DNA from: Puccinia triticina
Taxonomy: Eukaryota
Assembly: GCA_026914245.1 (NCBI GenBank)
Contig: CP110440.1
Span: 3,534,001-3,598,000 of the forward strand
Direction of reading: 5' to 3'
Length of the DNA stretch: 64,000 nt
The notes under the pieces were generated by a model. That model ran no database searches, was not told the DNA's origin, and was given only the letters and a program-made list of their open reading frames with translations. Positions 23,944 through 35,200 of this stretch are shown here, one piece after another (positions within the stretch are counted from its first letter, which is position 1; each line of letters starts with the position of its first letter). Position numbers and translations under genes: made by a program.

Positions 23944-25340
23944 CACGGCAGTTGCGCGGATTAAGGTTTCGCCCGTCGAAACTGCCGTCAAAGACAAAAC
24001 ACCCGCCTGATTGACCGCCCACCTGTCGGCCTCCGGTCAGTCGTCAAACTGCCAGCCGAATTAACAGCTGAACGGCCGGCACTTGACTTCAGGCAAGTTT
24101 AACATAACTTGCCTGGGGTCGGTTTGCCGATGAACGCGCTTGACCTGACAACAGCCGGTGGGAACAGTGGCAAGATGCCGGCCTCCAGGCTAACCCAAAA
24201 AAAAGGGCAGAGGGGGCCAAGACAAAGTCCGCCCATCAGAGGGACACGTCACCCTCGGCCATCCATCCACCCGCCTCATTTTCTCTAAGTCCACTCATCG
24301 GATCACCGCCACCCTCCATCTCCCCCACCCTGATCACCAACCCACATCCTTCGATGTGTCCCTCTGCGCCTGCCTCCTCCTTGCCTGGCCCACAATGCAT
24401 CCACAGCACGCCAACCTCCACATCATCCATCGAGCTCCGCACCTCGCTCGGCTTCTTAAAGGGTGATCATTGAGCTTGGCGTTCCCTCGGGCACGATTGT
24501 TGGGTTTGACATCAACACAACCCTCTTTAGTGGCAACAAAGCGCCGGCCTGCTCGGTCTATGACCTCGACAGACTCAGCCCTGCCCTGGACTCGCCGGAT
24601 GATGCTCAGGTGTGCCCTCCGCATATACATATTTACATTACCAGCCCACATCCGCTCCAATCTCAAGCTGACAAGAGCCTGCCTGAATCTGATCCAGTGG
24701 TGCAAACTTTTGCCGGTCGTTCCATAGGATCAATCACCAAGCCATTTGTTCCGATCAAAGATGGAGTGCTGATGCCCGCGAGCGTTCTGATGAAGAAAGC
24801 AGCGGAGATGGTAAGAAGGGTGCCAATTCTCCCCCTGACAAGGGCGGCGGGGGCGGTGATCGAGGCGCATCTGGATGGGCGAGCAAGCTCAAACGAGCTC
24901 CAGACCAAAGTCGTCAACTTTGGCACGGCGCTCAAGTCCGACCATGTTCCAAAAAAAAATGTCAAATGCAATAATAACAAAGAAAGGTGCCCAGGTGGCT
25001 GTAAAACCAAAATGAGTGTGTCTTGTGAGTTGACCCAAGAATAGTGAGCGTAATTACCAGCAAATTGGTGGTGATTTGTCGCCAAAGGGCGGTCAACAAG
25101 CCCTGACTGGTTTTTCTAGGGGGTCTCGGGTTGGACGGCAAGTTGCCGGATGGGTCAAGGTGCCCTATGTTTTGCCAGCATGTTCTCCGATTGCGCATTG
25201 GCGGGGGTGCCGCCCAGTTTGGCGGTCCACTTGATGGTTGACCGGAGGCCGGCATCTAAACAGTCAAGAATGGCTGGGGTGCGTCCGTCAAATTGACGGC
25301 CAAACTTTGGGCGCTTCGGCGGCAATGTGCAACTGCCGTG
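23944..25340. mobile_element. Non-autonomous TIR element (TIR CACGGCAGTTGC, TA TSD) carrying a host gene fragment
   Basis: TA|CACGGCAGTTGC...GCAACTGCCGTG|TA. Removing it restores the host terminus CAGCTATGGCAAC seen at the other end. Confidence 0.85.
24463..24765 (+). pseudogene. DAL2: Allantoicase gene fragment with intron (24610-24697)
   Basis: VIIELGVPSGTIVGFDINTTLFSGNKAPACSV resembles the allantoicase repeat (IIxLG..G.I.G..IDT..F.GN.P..S.). After the intron it reads WCKLLPVVP*..SHLF, with a stop/frameshift. Confidence 0.75.
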
Positions 25341-25421
25341 TATGGCAACAAAGCTTGCGGGCCCGCAAGGCTGAAATTCCGACACACAACATTTTTCATT
25401 TCAGCCCCCTCGCCTGCAGTC

Positions 25422-26102
25422 TAAGACTGTGCCCCAAAAACGGGGCTTGGGGCATGCCCCGGGGCATCGGGATTGGCCTTGAAAATGCCTCAAACCCTGG
25501 GGCATATGGTTTTTTTTGCAAAGGGAGGATAACCTGTGGGAAGTGATGTATTTTTTTGGGATTTTGGGATTTTTTTGTCATTCCAGTGGCCATCAAGTGT
25601 GTAAAAGTTGGTTTTAGTATGACCTTGAGGGAAAAAATGAGACACCAAGCAAGAGAGACAAGCTGAGATGTGCAAGCAAAAACCCCAAGGAAACGGGTGG
25701 ACTGAGAGAAAAGCAAACAAGTTGAGACGCGCAAGTGAGAACCCCAAGGAAAAACTTTTGGAAGCCCCAGGGATTGAGAGAAGATTATGTGCCATAATCC
25801 ATTGGCAAATTTTGGCATAGGTTTTCTTTTGACTGGCCTAATAGAGGGGGGGATATTGCTTCCCTGTGGTTTGGGATCCTCACGTAGCGAGTGATCTTGG
25901 CTTCAATCCCCTCAATCGGTGGGGTTGGTAGGCAGTTCTGGAGGCCAAGGCATTTTTGCAAGTGCTTTGGCCATCCCAATACAGCCCAATACCATGGATT
26001 TTTCAGTGGTGCAAAAAAAACTGTCATGACCCGGGGCATAGTTGGGGTCTGGGGTTTGGGATGACCCTCATGCCCCGTCCCAAACCCCGGGGAACACCCT
26101 TA
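25422..26102. mobile_element. hAT-like MITE inserted in the left TIR of the Tc1/mariner element
   Basis: Ends are TAAGACTGTGCCCC and GGGGAACACCCTTA, with an 8-bp TSD CTGCAGTC/CTGCAGCC. The segment is absent from the right TIR. Confidence 0.8.
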
Positions 26103-26525
26103 CTGCAGCCCGCTATTTTTTCTTCCAATTCTTCCTTTCTTCCAAAGTCTTCCCTCTCTCCACCATCTCTATTCTCTCTATCTCTCTCTCCCCCCGGCCT
26201 CCTCCCCCCCCCCCCCCCATTGCAACCTAACCCATCAAAACCTAACCGCCTCACATCCGGTCCCGCCACCGGTATCGCAACCCACCTGGCCCCCAGCAAT
26301 CCACCAATCCAACCAGCAATACCCCACATTTTTACCGGTCCAGGTCAGTCCCTGCCCCCAGCCATTACCTTTTTTTTGCCGTCCTGATTGACCCCCCCCC
26401 CCTTCTAATTTTATGTAGTGCAATATCCGGCCATTTTGTGATCACGCAAACCAAATGTCTTCTTGGTAAGCCACGATACCAATATTTCCCCTTCCTGCTT
26501 GGTTTGGTGATTTGCTGACACCCGT

Positions 26526-26850
26526 GTGCCCCTAGCCATTGTCAAATATGCCCGCAACGGCGTCATCTCATTCATTCCGGTCCGACTAAGCTTGCATGGG
26601 ATGTCGCTAGCGGAGATCAGCAATAAAATCTTTCAGAGGATTTCCCCCCACTCTATATCCCGCTTGACCCAATTGTATCGCAGCACCCGGGACGTGGTGT
26701 GTGACCCGGCTTGGTACAAGGATTGAGGTCGTCCATTGGCCTTCTCACACAAGGAGGCTGAATTTGTTCTGGACGCCCGTGCCGCAGAGCCAACCTTGTA
26801 ACTAGACAAAATCCAGAGGCACATTGGGGAAATGACCGGCACTTGCCAAC
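26526..26850 (+). pseudogene. IS630/Tc1-like transposase N-terminal (HTH) fragment
   Basis: LHGMSLAEIS..ISPHSISRLTQLYRSTRDVV..GRPLAFSHKEAEFVLD..EPTL(Y)LDKIQ, with internal stops; an inverted copy lies at 26860-27120. Confidence 0.6.
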
Positions 26851-27486
26851 CAATCAGTATCATTTGTGCTTGGGTGGCGAGTGCCGGTCATTGCCTCAAT
26901 GTTCCTCTGGATTTTGTCTAGGTACAAGGTCGGCTCTGCGGCAAGGGCGTCCAGAACAAACTCAGCCTCCTTGTGTGAGAAGGCCAATGGACGAACTCAA
27001 TCCTTCTACAAAGCTGGGTCACACACCATGGATAGGGGCACACGGGTGTCAGCAAATCACCAAACCAAGCAGGAAGGGGAAATATTGGTATTGTGGCTTA
27101 CCTGGAAGACGTTTGGTTACCCCCGTACTTGGCAATCAAGTGACGGGTCAGGTCAGCAAGGATGCTCAAGCCCCTGGCTGCATTCACATCAGCCCTTGGC
27201 TGATCAAATCAAATATCAGTGATTGGTTACAATAGTCTGAGATCAAGAGGGTGGAGGAATCACTTACGTTCAGCGCAAGGCAAGCCTGTGCACGTTCCAA
27301 GGCAAGCCGGGTGTCCTCAGGGCCGTAGCTCATTGCCAGGGTATCTTGTTGGGCCCATTTCTGTAATCCAAATAGGTCAGAAAGGGGTCTGACGTGCCAA
27401 CAGTCCGGCAGTGGGTGAGAAACTCACCTTCTGCTGCTCTTGGGCAGTCCCCCGGGGGTCATTCATTGTTATCTTTACCTGAACTT

Positions 27487-28167
27487 TCAAGAGGGGGTTC
27501 TCCACAACAGCCGCAGAGAATTGGGCAGATTTGGCCTTGCTTGTGACCATGGTGTTTGACTTGGCGCTGTAAGTGGCGTGTTCATGATAATGCCCTGCCA
27601 TTGCAGCAGTCGCTGCACATCCAGGCTCTTTACGTGAGCCCCAAGGAGAGGAATCATTTGGTCAACGGTGTCCATGGCGCCAAGTTTGAACTGTGGCCAG
27701 TTCAAATTCTGGATGTCGGCCAGGAGAATTGTGGTGCCTCTTGGGATGACTTGTTCCCATTTTTTGGCGGCCGCCGCCGCCGGAGTCCTTGCGCCTGCTT
27801 GGGCCAACTGTCCCGCTGCAGTGCGCATGCACACGTGGTGAAGGATATGGAGAGGTCTGGGGCCCGGGCCCAATCCAACAGCGGTGGGAGGATTATTGCC
27901 ATTCGGAGTCGCAGTGGGGTTTGAACCCAAGGCGTTGGGAGGGGGCTGAGAAGTGTTGCTGCCATTGTTGTCATTGGACCCCTCATGCTTGTAGAAGAGC
28001 CTGCAGGAATGCCCCTTGGTGATGTGAGCCTGTGAGGGCCCAAGCACTGATTCCTGTGTGGCGTTGGGGGTGTTGCCGGTGGGGGGGGTTATTGGGCGCG
28101 TCCCAATTGACACTGACATGGCGGGTGAGCGTGAATACATTGTTGGTAGCTTGGTTGGTGTTGGCAT
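27487..28167 (-). CDS. Element-internal hypothetical ORF (probably a spliced accessory gene, degraded)
   Basis: A 226-aa ORF inside the TIR element, with splice-like signals downstream. No recognised domain. Confidence 0.35.
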   Translation of the reverse strand: MPTPTKLPTMYSRSPAMSVSIGTRPITPPTGNTPNATQESVLGPSQAHITKGHSCRLFYKHEGSNDNNGSNTSQPPPNALGSNPTATPNGNNPPTAVGLGPGPRPLHILHHVCMRTAAGQLAQAGARTPAAAAAKKWEQVIPRGTTILLADIQNLNWPQFKLGAMDTVDQMIPLLGAHVKSLDVQRLLQWQGIIMNTPLTAPSQTPWSQARPNLPNSLRLLWRTPS

Positions 28168-28917
28168 TCAAGCGGTTAGAGCGGCTGGCCATTGTCTGAA
28201 GGCCCACAGTTTGCTAGGGGGAACAAATCAGTTTACCAGTTAGAAATGTGGTGAGAAAATCAGTCCAGCCACTTAAAATGATGATTGAAATCTTGCTTGA
28301 GGTTTTCCGGTTGAAGGATTTGGGTACGGGTGCTAGGATTTTAACTGAGTTGTGTCTGAGGGGATTGCGGTGCTTGATTTGGAGGGGGGGAGGGGCGGAT
28401 AAAAAAATCATGCAGCTGGATGGCAAAAAAGGTAATGGCTGGGGGCAGGGACTGACCTGGACCGGTAAAAATGTGGGGTATTGCTGGTTGGGTTGGCGGA
28501 TTGCTGGGGGCCGGGTGGGTTGCAATACCAGTGGCAGGACCAGATGTGAAGCGGTTAGGTTTTGTTTAGGTTTCAATGGGTTAGGTTGCGATGGGGGGGG
28601 GGGGGGGGGGGGGGGAGGTCCGGGGGGCATGTTGGCTACTGGCTGGGGGGGGGGGGGGGGGGGGAGAGAGAGAGAGAAAGAGAGATGGGGTGGTGGAGAG
28701 AGGGAAGACTTCAGAAGAAAGGAAGAATTGGAAGAAAAAATATTGGGCTGCAGGCAAGGGGGCTGAAATCAAGAATGTTGTGTGTTGGAATTTCAGCCTT
28801 GGGGGCCCGCAAGCTTTGTTGCCATAGCTGTATCAAGTTGAGTAAGAGGTGGAAAGCAATGGAAGATTTGAACTTACATTTTCTGCCCCTCCAGGCCTTC
28901 ATAACTCCAGTTATTCA

Positions 28918-29702
28918 GGGCCCAATTATAAAACAGTTTTGGGATAATATTGGGATTGTTTTCAAATAAGTTTGAAATCAAAAAAAGTTATCTTGGTGGT
29001 GCAGATACAGGGGCCAAAACTGTTTCAAACCAAGTTTAAATTATAAACCCACCACCATGCTGGATGAGTTTCCGGCGCAACTGAACGTGAGCCTCCAATA
29101 CCAAAGGTTGCTCCATTGACAGTTGTCCGTCTTGCATGCGCCAAGACAATGGCAGCAACGGCAGAAGCCTTCTCACAAACTTGGGGGGAAAACCTGGGTG
29201 GGGACAACTGGCCGCCAATGTCTGCTGACTCTCCCAAGTCAATAGATACCCGTGAATCAGCCTTGAAGGCTGATTCTTGCGCGCAACATCCTGGTTCAAT
29301 GGCAAGAGCCTGTAGCTTGCTCATTCTGCAAGCTACATATGAGGTCCCGGCATTGATAGATGCGCTTGCATCCTGGCTATCCATCCATGGTGTCTGTTTT
29401 GCAAATACCCGCAAATCAGCCTTGATGGCTGTATCTTGCGCAAATACATATGCTGTGGCCTTTGGGGGGGGGGGGGGGGGGGAGTACTTGTCAGGTGTAT
29501 GGCGGGCATCTGCATGCAGAGCTGTAATCACATTCAAAACAGTATTGGTAATCCATTTTTCCCCAAACCACCTCCCCAAGGTGGTTTGGGTTGTTTTCAG
29601 ACTAGTTAGCAAAAAGATCTTTCAAAAGTTAGCAAAAAGATCTTTCAAACTTATTTGAAAATAATCCCAATATTATCCCAAAACTTGTTTATAATTGGTC
29701 CC
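28918..29702. mobile_element. PIF/Harbinger-like non-autonomous element
   Basis: ~60-bp TIR starting GGG(C/A)CCAATTATAAA, with TCA on both sides (TNA-type TSD). Confidence 0.8.
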
Positions 29703-29796
29703 TCAGTATTGAGGTCAAAATGACCACCCAAAATTGAAATTCAGTTGGCCACAAACTTGGGATTGCACATAAAGTACCAATGGTCTGGGGTGAATC

Positions 29797-30062
29797 AGGA
29801 CCCTGGAACGCGCGGTCAGAACACAGTAACAAAAATCAATTCAAAACCATGGGATTTGTACATTTTTGAAAGAGGTTTTTCTTCATTTCTTTCAAACTTT
29901 TGCCACATGTTTAGGATAAGATAGCAGTACATTATTTTCCCTTTAAGCGTACATGCGCCCATCTTTTCAGATTGAGTATATCATGTTTGGTTGTGAGCCA
30001 AAGTGGCTTGGAACCTTCATACATTTTGGTTACTATGTTCTGGCCGCGCATTCCAGGGTCCT
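29797..30062. mobile_element. MITE
   Basis: ~40-bp TIR AGGACCCTGGAAYGCGCGGYCAGAACA. GGTGAATC is duplicated (or GTGAAT if the ends are taken one base further out). Confidence 0.8.
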
Positions 30063-30906
30063 GGTGAATCAGCTTGCCTTTGGTGGCCTGCAAGGAGATT
30101 TCCCAGGATTATTTACACTAGTCCAAGTTACTAAATTTTGAAGTGGCATGAGGTGGATCACAACTGTAAATTTTATGATGTATGACAAGGTTGTCCAAAT
30201 TAGCCCTTAACTTTGAACACCAATTACCATGAATTCTACAGGGTGCCTTGTGCCATGGTGCAACAGCTTCAATTTCATGCACATGCATACAGCTCTCACA
30301 AACTCTAGTCTCTTGTCAGCCTGAGTCAACACAGCTGACCTAAAAGCTGCCTTTTCTACCTTTGTTACATATGAATTACTTTATATCTTTTCATCTTAAG
30401 AGATAACCTTGTTTTGACTTCATATTCTGTTTCCCCATGCAATTTTAACCTTAGTTACAACTTACCTTTTCTTTGTAACTCTACTCCTTCCCTGAGTTCT
30501 TGAGTTGTGGCGCGCATGTGCAGTTGTGACGTGTAAGCGCTACCAGGCGCACCAAACCACATGTACATATGTAATTACATAAGCAAACTGTGAAAATTTT
30601 TGTAGTCAGGATCCCCCTTGCCTGAGGAGGATCTACAGACTTCAGCACACCAGAACCACACCCCAGATAACCCCAGGATCTTCACCAAAGAGATTACCAC
30701 ACTCCCAGTATACCTACCATCACAGGTGCCTAGGATATTGACAGTAAGTAACCTCTTTCACTGAACCTTGTTTATCTCAGAGGTACAACTCTGTATCTGC
30801 TTGATTGCTCTTCTTTTGCTGGCCTTTGCCTCATCCTTGATCACAGGTCTGCACCTGCTTTAACATCATTCTTTTTCTGTGGTTTTTGTAAGAAACAAAC
30901 CACATA

Positions 30907-31375
30907 CAGCCATTCCAAAAAAGCTTGGCTTCTCTGGAGGGAATTTCCAGTGGAAATTCTTTTTGGAATTTCCAACTTGTGTGTATCCAACAACAAGGTT
31001 GGACAGATGGATATCCATCCCCACAAGCGCAGTCGCTTAGAGGATGCTACCGGCCAAGCCGTTTGGTAGCGAAAAAAAATGCTGGCAGCGGGGGGACCGG
31101 CATCCTGACACCTGGGTGCGTCCATCATGATGGCAGACCGGGGTAAAAATTGGTCAAGGATTCCAATTCTGGAATCAAAAAAGGGGAGAAATGAGTAGAA
31201 GTCAGTGATTGAGCTCACCTACTCGTGATATAGGTGTCCTGCATATACCAATGATGTAGGCATAGATATCCAAATGTCCAACCTTGATACTTCTTTGCAT
31301 ACAAGGTTGGAAAATCCCACTGGAATTTCCAGCGGAAATTCCTTTCAAAGGAACCAAGCTTTTTCGGAATGGCTG
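30907..31375. mobile_element. Tc1/mariner-type MITE
   Basis: TA|CAGCCATTCC...GGAATGGCTG|TA, with imperfect TIRs extending ~100 bp. Confidence 0.8.
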
Positions 31376-32260
31376 TAGGTTTCCCTTTAAAGAACCTTGA
31401 CTATCCAGAAGGAAGCTAAAAAAAATTGTGGCTGGATTAAACTTGTCTAATCCAGAGGCCCTCCACGTTTCTTTGGTGAGAGGAGGCTGTTGCACTCTCT
31501 AGCACAGCTTGGCAGCACTCCTTTAAGGAGGTAGCATTGCCAGTGGATGTGCATTCCCACCAGAATAACCTTGAATATCTGCTTATCTTGAATCTGCTCA
31601 GTCTCTTTCTCTTTTTCTCTCTCTCTCTTATATTTGTATTTTCTTTATCCAAAGAAATTCAAATATTGCCCCCTATTTTCTTGTGTCCTGTTGTCACTAT
31701 AGAGACTCAGGCTCCGACTCTCTCTGGTGGCAACTGTGTAGGTATCAGTTAAAAGCTTGAGCCAATTACTTTTGAAAGTCTTGTTTGCGCGATGTCTCTT
31801 TTCTGTTTATACTTCAGAAGAGTTGTCTTGTGTATCTAGAATGACGAGTCAAATAAAGTGAACATACGAAGAACACGGGAGCCGTGTAGGCACACCTAAA
31901 TTGAACTGGTGGGCGGCAGTAAGCAACCCAGAGGTCTTGTGAAAAATGAACATTTGTTAATTGAAGAAAAAGCGGATAACTTGGATCCTTTGTTCTGCTT
32001 GTAGGTGTTGGGCAGTGATCATGTGTGTACATTAAGCGTGAAGGGAAAACTTGATGGCATGTCAAGGGCCATGAGGGCAAAATAAATGGAACTAATCTAT
32101 GTAGGCGTGTCCCGGATTAACTTCTCGCCTTCTGAAACCAGGTGAGGGAGCAAAGCGATCTGAATGCTCAAAAGCTTGGTCGTGAGCAGTGGAGCTCCTC
32201 CAGAGCCCCGGTTATAAGCTGCTGTTGCGTAAGCATCTCGGAAGCCTTGCCTGTGTCAGC

Positions 32261-35200
32261 TCAGTAGTCGTAGGCAACTCGGCCTCCCGCAAAAACGTAC
32301 GGATACTGTCAAACACAATCCGGGTCAATATTTCCAACTTATAAATGAAGCAGTTTATCAGTCTGATGCGTACCTTGAACTGATACCAGTTGCTGGACGA
32401 GGTGAGGATTGAGATAACGAAGATATCTCAGCTTAAAGTCGTCCACAAGCAGTATATTTCAATCATGGTTTGCACTTACACGAAACTTTTTCGATGTGCA
32501 ATTCGTGGAATCGTCGCCCAAGAGCCACCCAGTAGGACGTTGTGCTCTCCGTCAAAGAAGTCTTTCGAGTAACCCGGATATAATAGACTAGGTTTGAAGT
32601 TCGGGTGAGGCTCAAATGTAGTAGAAGTCCATTCCCAAACTCCACCGTTCCAGCCTCCTCGCCAGCGTCCATCCATTCCTTTCCGGGGCCTCTGAGGTGG
32701 AAGGGGATGCCAGTTGAGAAATCCGATTGGATTTTGGGCTGACAGGCTAATTGGGTTGTCGAAAAGGTATACTCTGAGCTCATCAGCAGTGGGCAACCGA
32801 CCGCCTTTCCACTTCGCGAAAGCTTCTAGCTGGCTTCCCGATGCTTGCACTGGCCAATGCTTCGCAAAGTCAAAACATATTCGCCCATAAATTGTCTTGA
32901 TCACAACTTGATGTCTCTTAGATTCCTGATCGCTGGCGTTGAAGATATAACCCCATGATTCAGGAATCACATGATGGGGGATGGGTTCGGCGTCAGAAAG
33001 GCCTTGCAGTACGAATTCGAGGTATTCCTGGTTGGTGATGGTTGTTGCTTCGAGCTTGAAAGGCTTGACCTCCACCTCTCTCGATGGACTTTCGTTGTCC
33101 CATCCATACTCGTGGTCTTCAGAAAAAGGTTTGGACGAATCGTCTTGTTCCAAGTCATCATGCCCCACAGTGATTGTTTGCGGAGTTGAGTATTCAATCA
33201 GACCGAATTCTCCAGTCTGAGCTTCCACAGTGGAATCCCATTCACGGGCCAAGGAGTGCCAATCAGGTGGTGTGAAACCAGGCGGATGATTGACAAAATC
33301 AGTCTGTTGTAACATGTAGAGCAGTGTCTCAAGATGCATGGCCTCGTGCTCGTATATCTACCAATCGCAATGTTTTTGTCATCGCATTAAGCGGGCGTAA
33401 GAATGAATTTGATCTCGATTGCGATAAAGTTACGAAAAGAGGCTTGATCAGTGACTGACCATCGACAAAACCCTGCCCAGTTTTCTTGTCAGTAGAATCT
33501 TGCTCCCCGGTTCTTTTCCGAGTCCTTCATATACTCCGGTGAGCCTCGTTCGGAATTTATCTCTGAATCGAAGCACTTCTTCCAGAGATGGCCATTCACT
33601 TTCTTGATCGGGGAACGGGGAATGATCATTACATTTGCTGGGATCTTCGAAGTTGGGATCGATTCCGCGTTCGAAAATCTGAGCAAACCGGTGAGGTTCC
33701 GTGGTTGCTACCTCGAAGTATCGACTAAGATGAATGTCTGCAAACACAGGTATGTGCCCCAGGTAAACTGGGAAGGAAAAGGATTAAATTGAACCAAGTA
33801 AGTGTATCGGTTCACGTATCCTGACTTGGAATCACTGGCGTACACAAGCAAGCATGTCGTAAATCGATGGGTCTTTGGTGCAACATATCTTTAGGAATCA
33901 TTTCTATTGTCACCGTGTCCCATGCTTTCCATAATGTAATCCAGTCTGACATCGAGGGCAACCCCCCACTATTTCTCGGGCCTAATTCCCCTTTGGATGC
34001 CTCGAACGCTATGGATACATTGCCTCCCTGAGGATCTAATGACAGAGTGCATTGATGATCAGATGAGAAGACTGAAAGACAAACAAAGGTAGGGTGATTC
34101 TTCTTACTAGGAGGCTTGCTCGCGGGTGTAAGCTGATGTCTATCTGATATCCGAACTGGTAAGGAATGTTTTGATATTTTGGCCCATATTCGTAGGAGTG
34201 ACTGCCAACTGGATGGGTCGTCCTTGTGAATTACTGGCAGTTCAGCCAAAGAAAGTGGATGGTCTTCCGTTGGAGGCCATGGCGGCGTACGGACAAAGTG
34301 GAAAGCGGCGCGTTCTATGAGGTAGAGAGTGTGTGTCGGGGCAACTGGATCAGACGAATCGCTCCATTTCTGAATGACTCGCAGACCCGCTTGATCAAAC
34401 AATCGATATGCGTCGTCTGGTGAGAACTTATATGACCTTTCAACAAGGATCAATTCGCCTGTCTGGATTCGGATTGAAGCAGCTTGGACCTCACTACCGA
34501 CTGCGTCGACTGACGCGGCTTTGAAATAAATGTCGCGTTTAGCCCGCAGATAGGCCTGTTGGTGTAAGGAGAAAGACAAAAGTATTAAAAACTCATTTGA
34601 CCTCAATAATTGGATCTAAATTCAATCCTTCCACCCCATGCATGCCTTGGGAGGGTAAGCAGTCGGAGATTCATGCGAGGTATAAATTGATCTAGTCATT
34701 CGATTCTTGGCTGACCTCGTTCCGATTCATTCCTACGTTATATCGCGATACGTAGTCAAAATCTTCGGGGCTCAAGACAGATTCAGGCAGACCGAGATGG
34801 CGAGCGACAACTGTGATCGCATTCAGGATGAATTTCTTAGTGACTGCTTGCCGATCATCATATGCCAGCTGGACCTTTTCTGGTATCTGGCAATTATCGA
34901 TACCGATCAGCGCTCGACTTTCACTATCCAGTGCTCGACTGAGTTCATTTCTCAAGAACTCCACGGCTTCTGCAGGGGAAAAGTTGCCGATAGACGATCC
35001 TAACCAAAGAATCGCTTTTCGACATTTAGTTTTTCCAAGCTCGGCAGTTTCCGCGTGACTGGTCGTAGTCAACGACCTGTAAATCCAATCCAGGCCTTGG
35101 GTATAAGTCCCGCAGATACCATGGCCTTGAACCTGATACCCGATTGCAGGGCCCACCCCGCTCTCTTCCTGGAGTTGAATCGCGGATAGAGTCGAGCTTA

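Larger units (their letters stand above)
23938..28830. mobile_element. Tc1/mariner-type element with long (~450 bp) TIRs and TA TSD, carrying nested insertions
   Basis: TA|CAGCTA..TGGCAACAAAGCTTGCGGGCCC on the left matches GGGCCCGCAAGCTTTGTTGCCATAGCTG|TA on the right. 26103-26400 is the reverse complement of ~28380-28755. A transposase-like N-terminal fragment lies at 26526-26850. Confidence 0.8.

Noticed and set aside
16473..24765. Intact allantoin-degradation (DAL) gene cluster
   Set aside because: The allantoicase is only a broken fragment inside a transposon, and no other pathway genes are visible.
30240..30790. Solo LTR
   Set aside because: The composition is LTR-like, but I could not fix TG..CA ends with a matching TSD.
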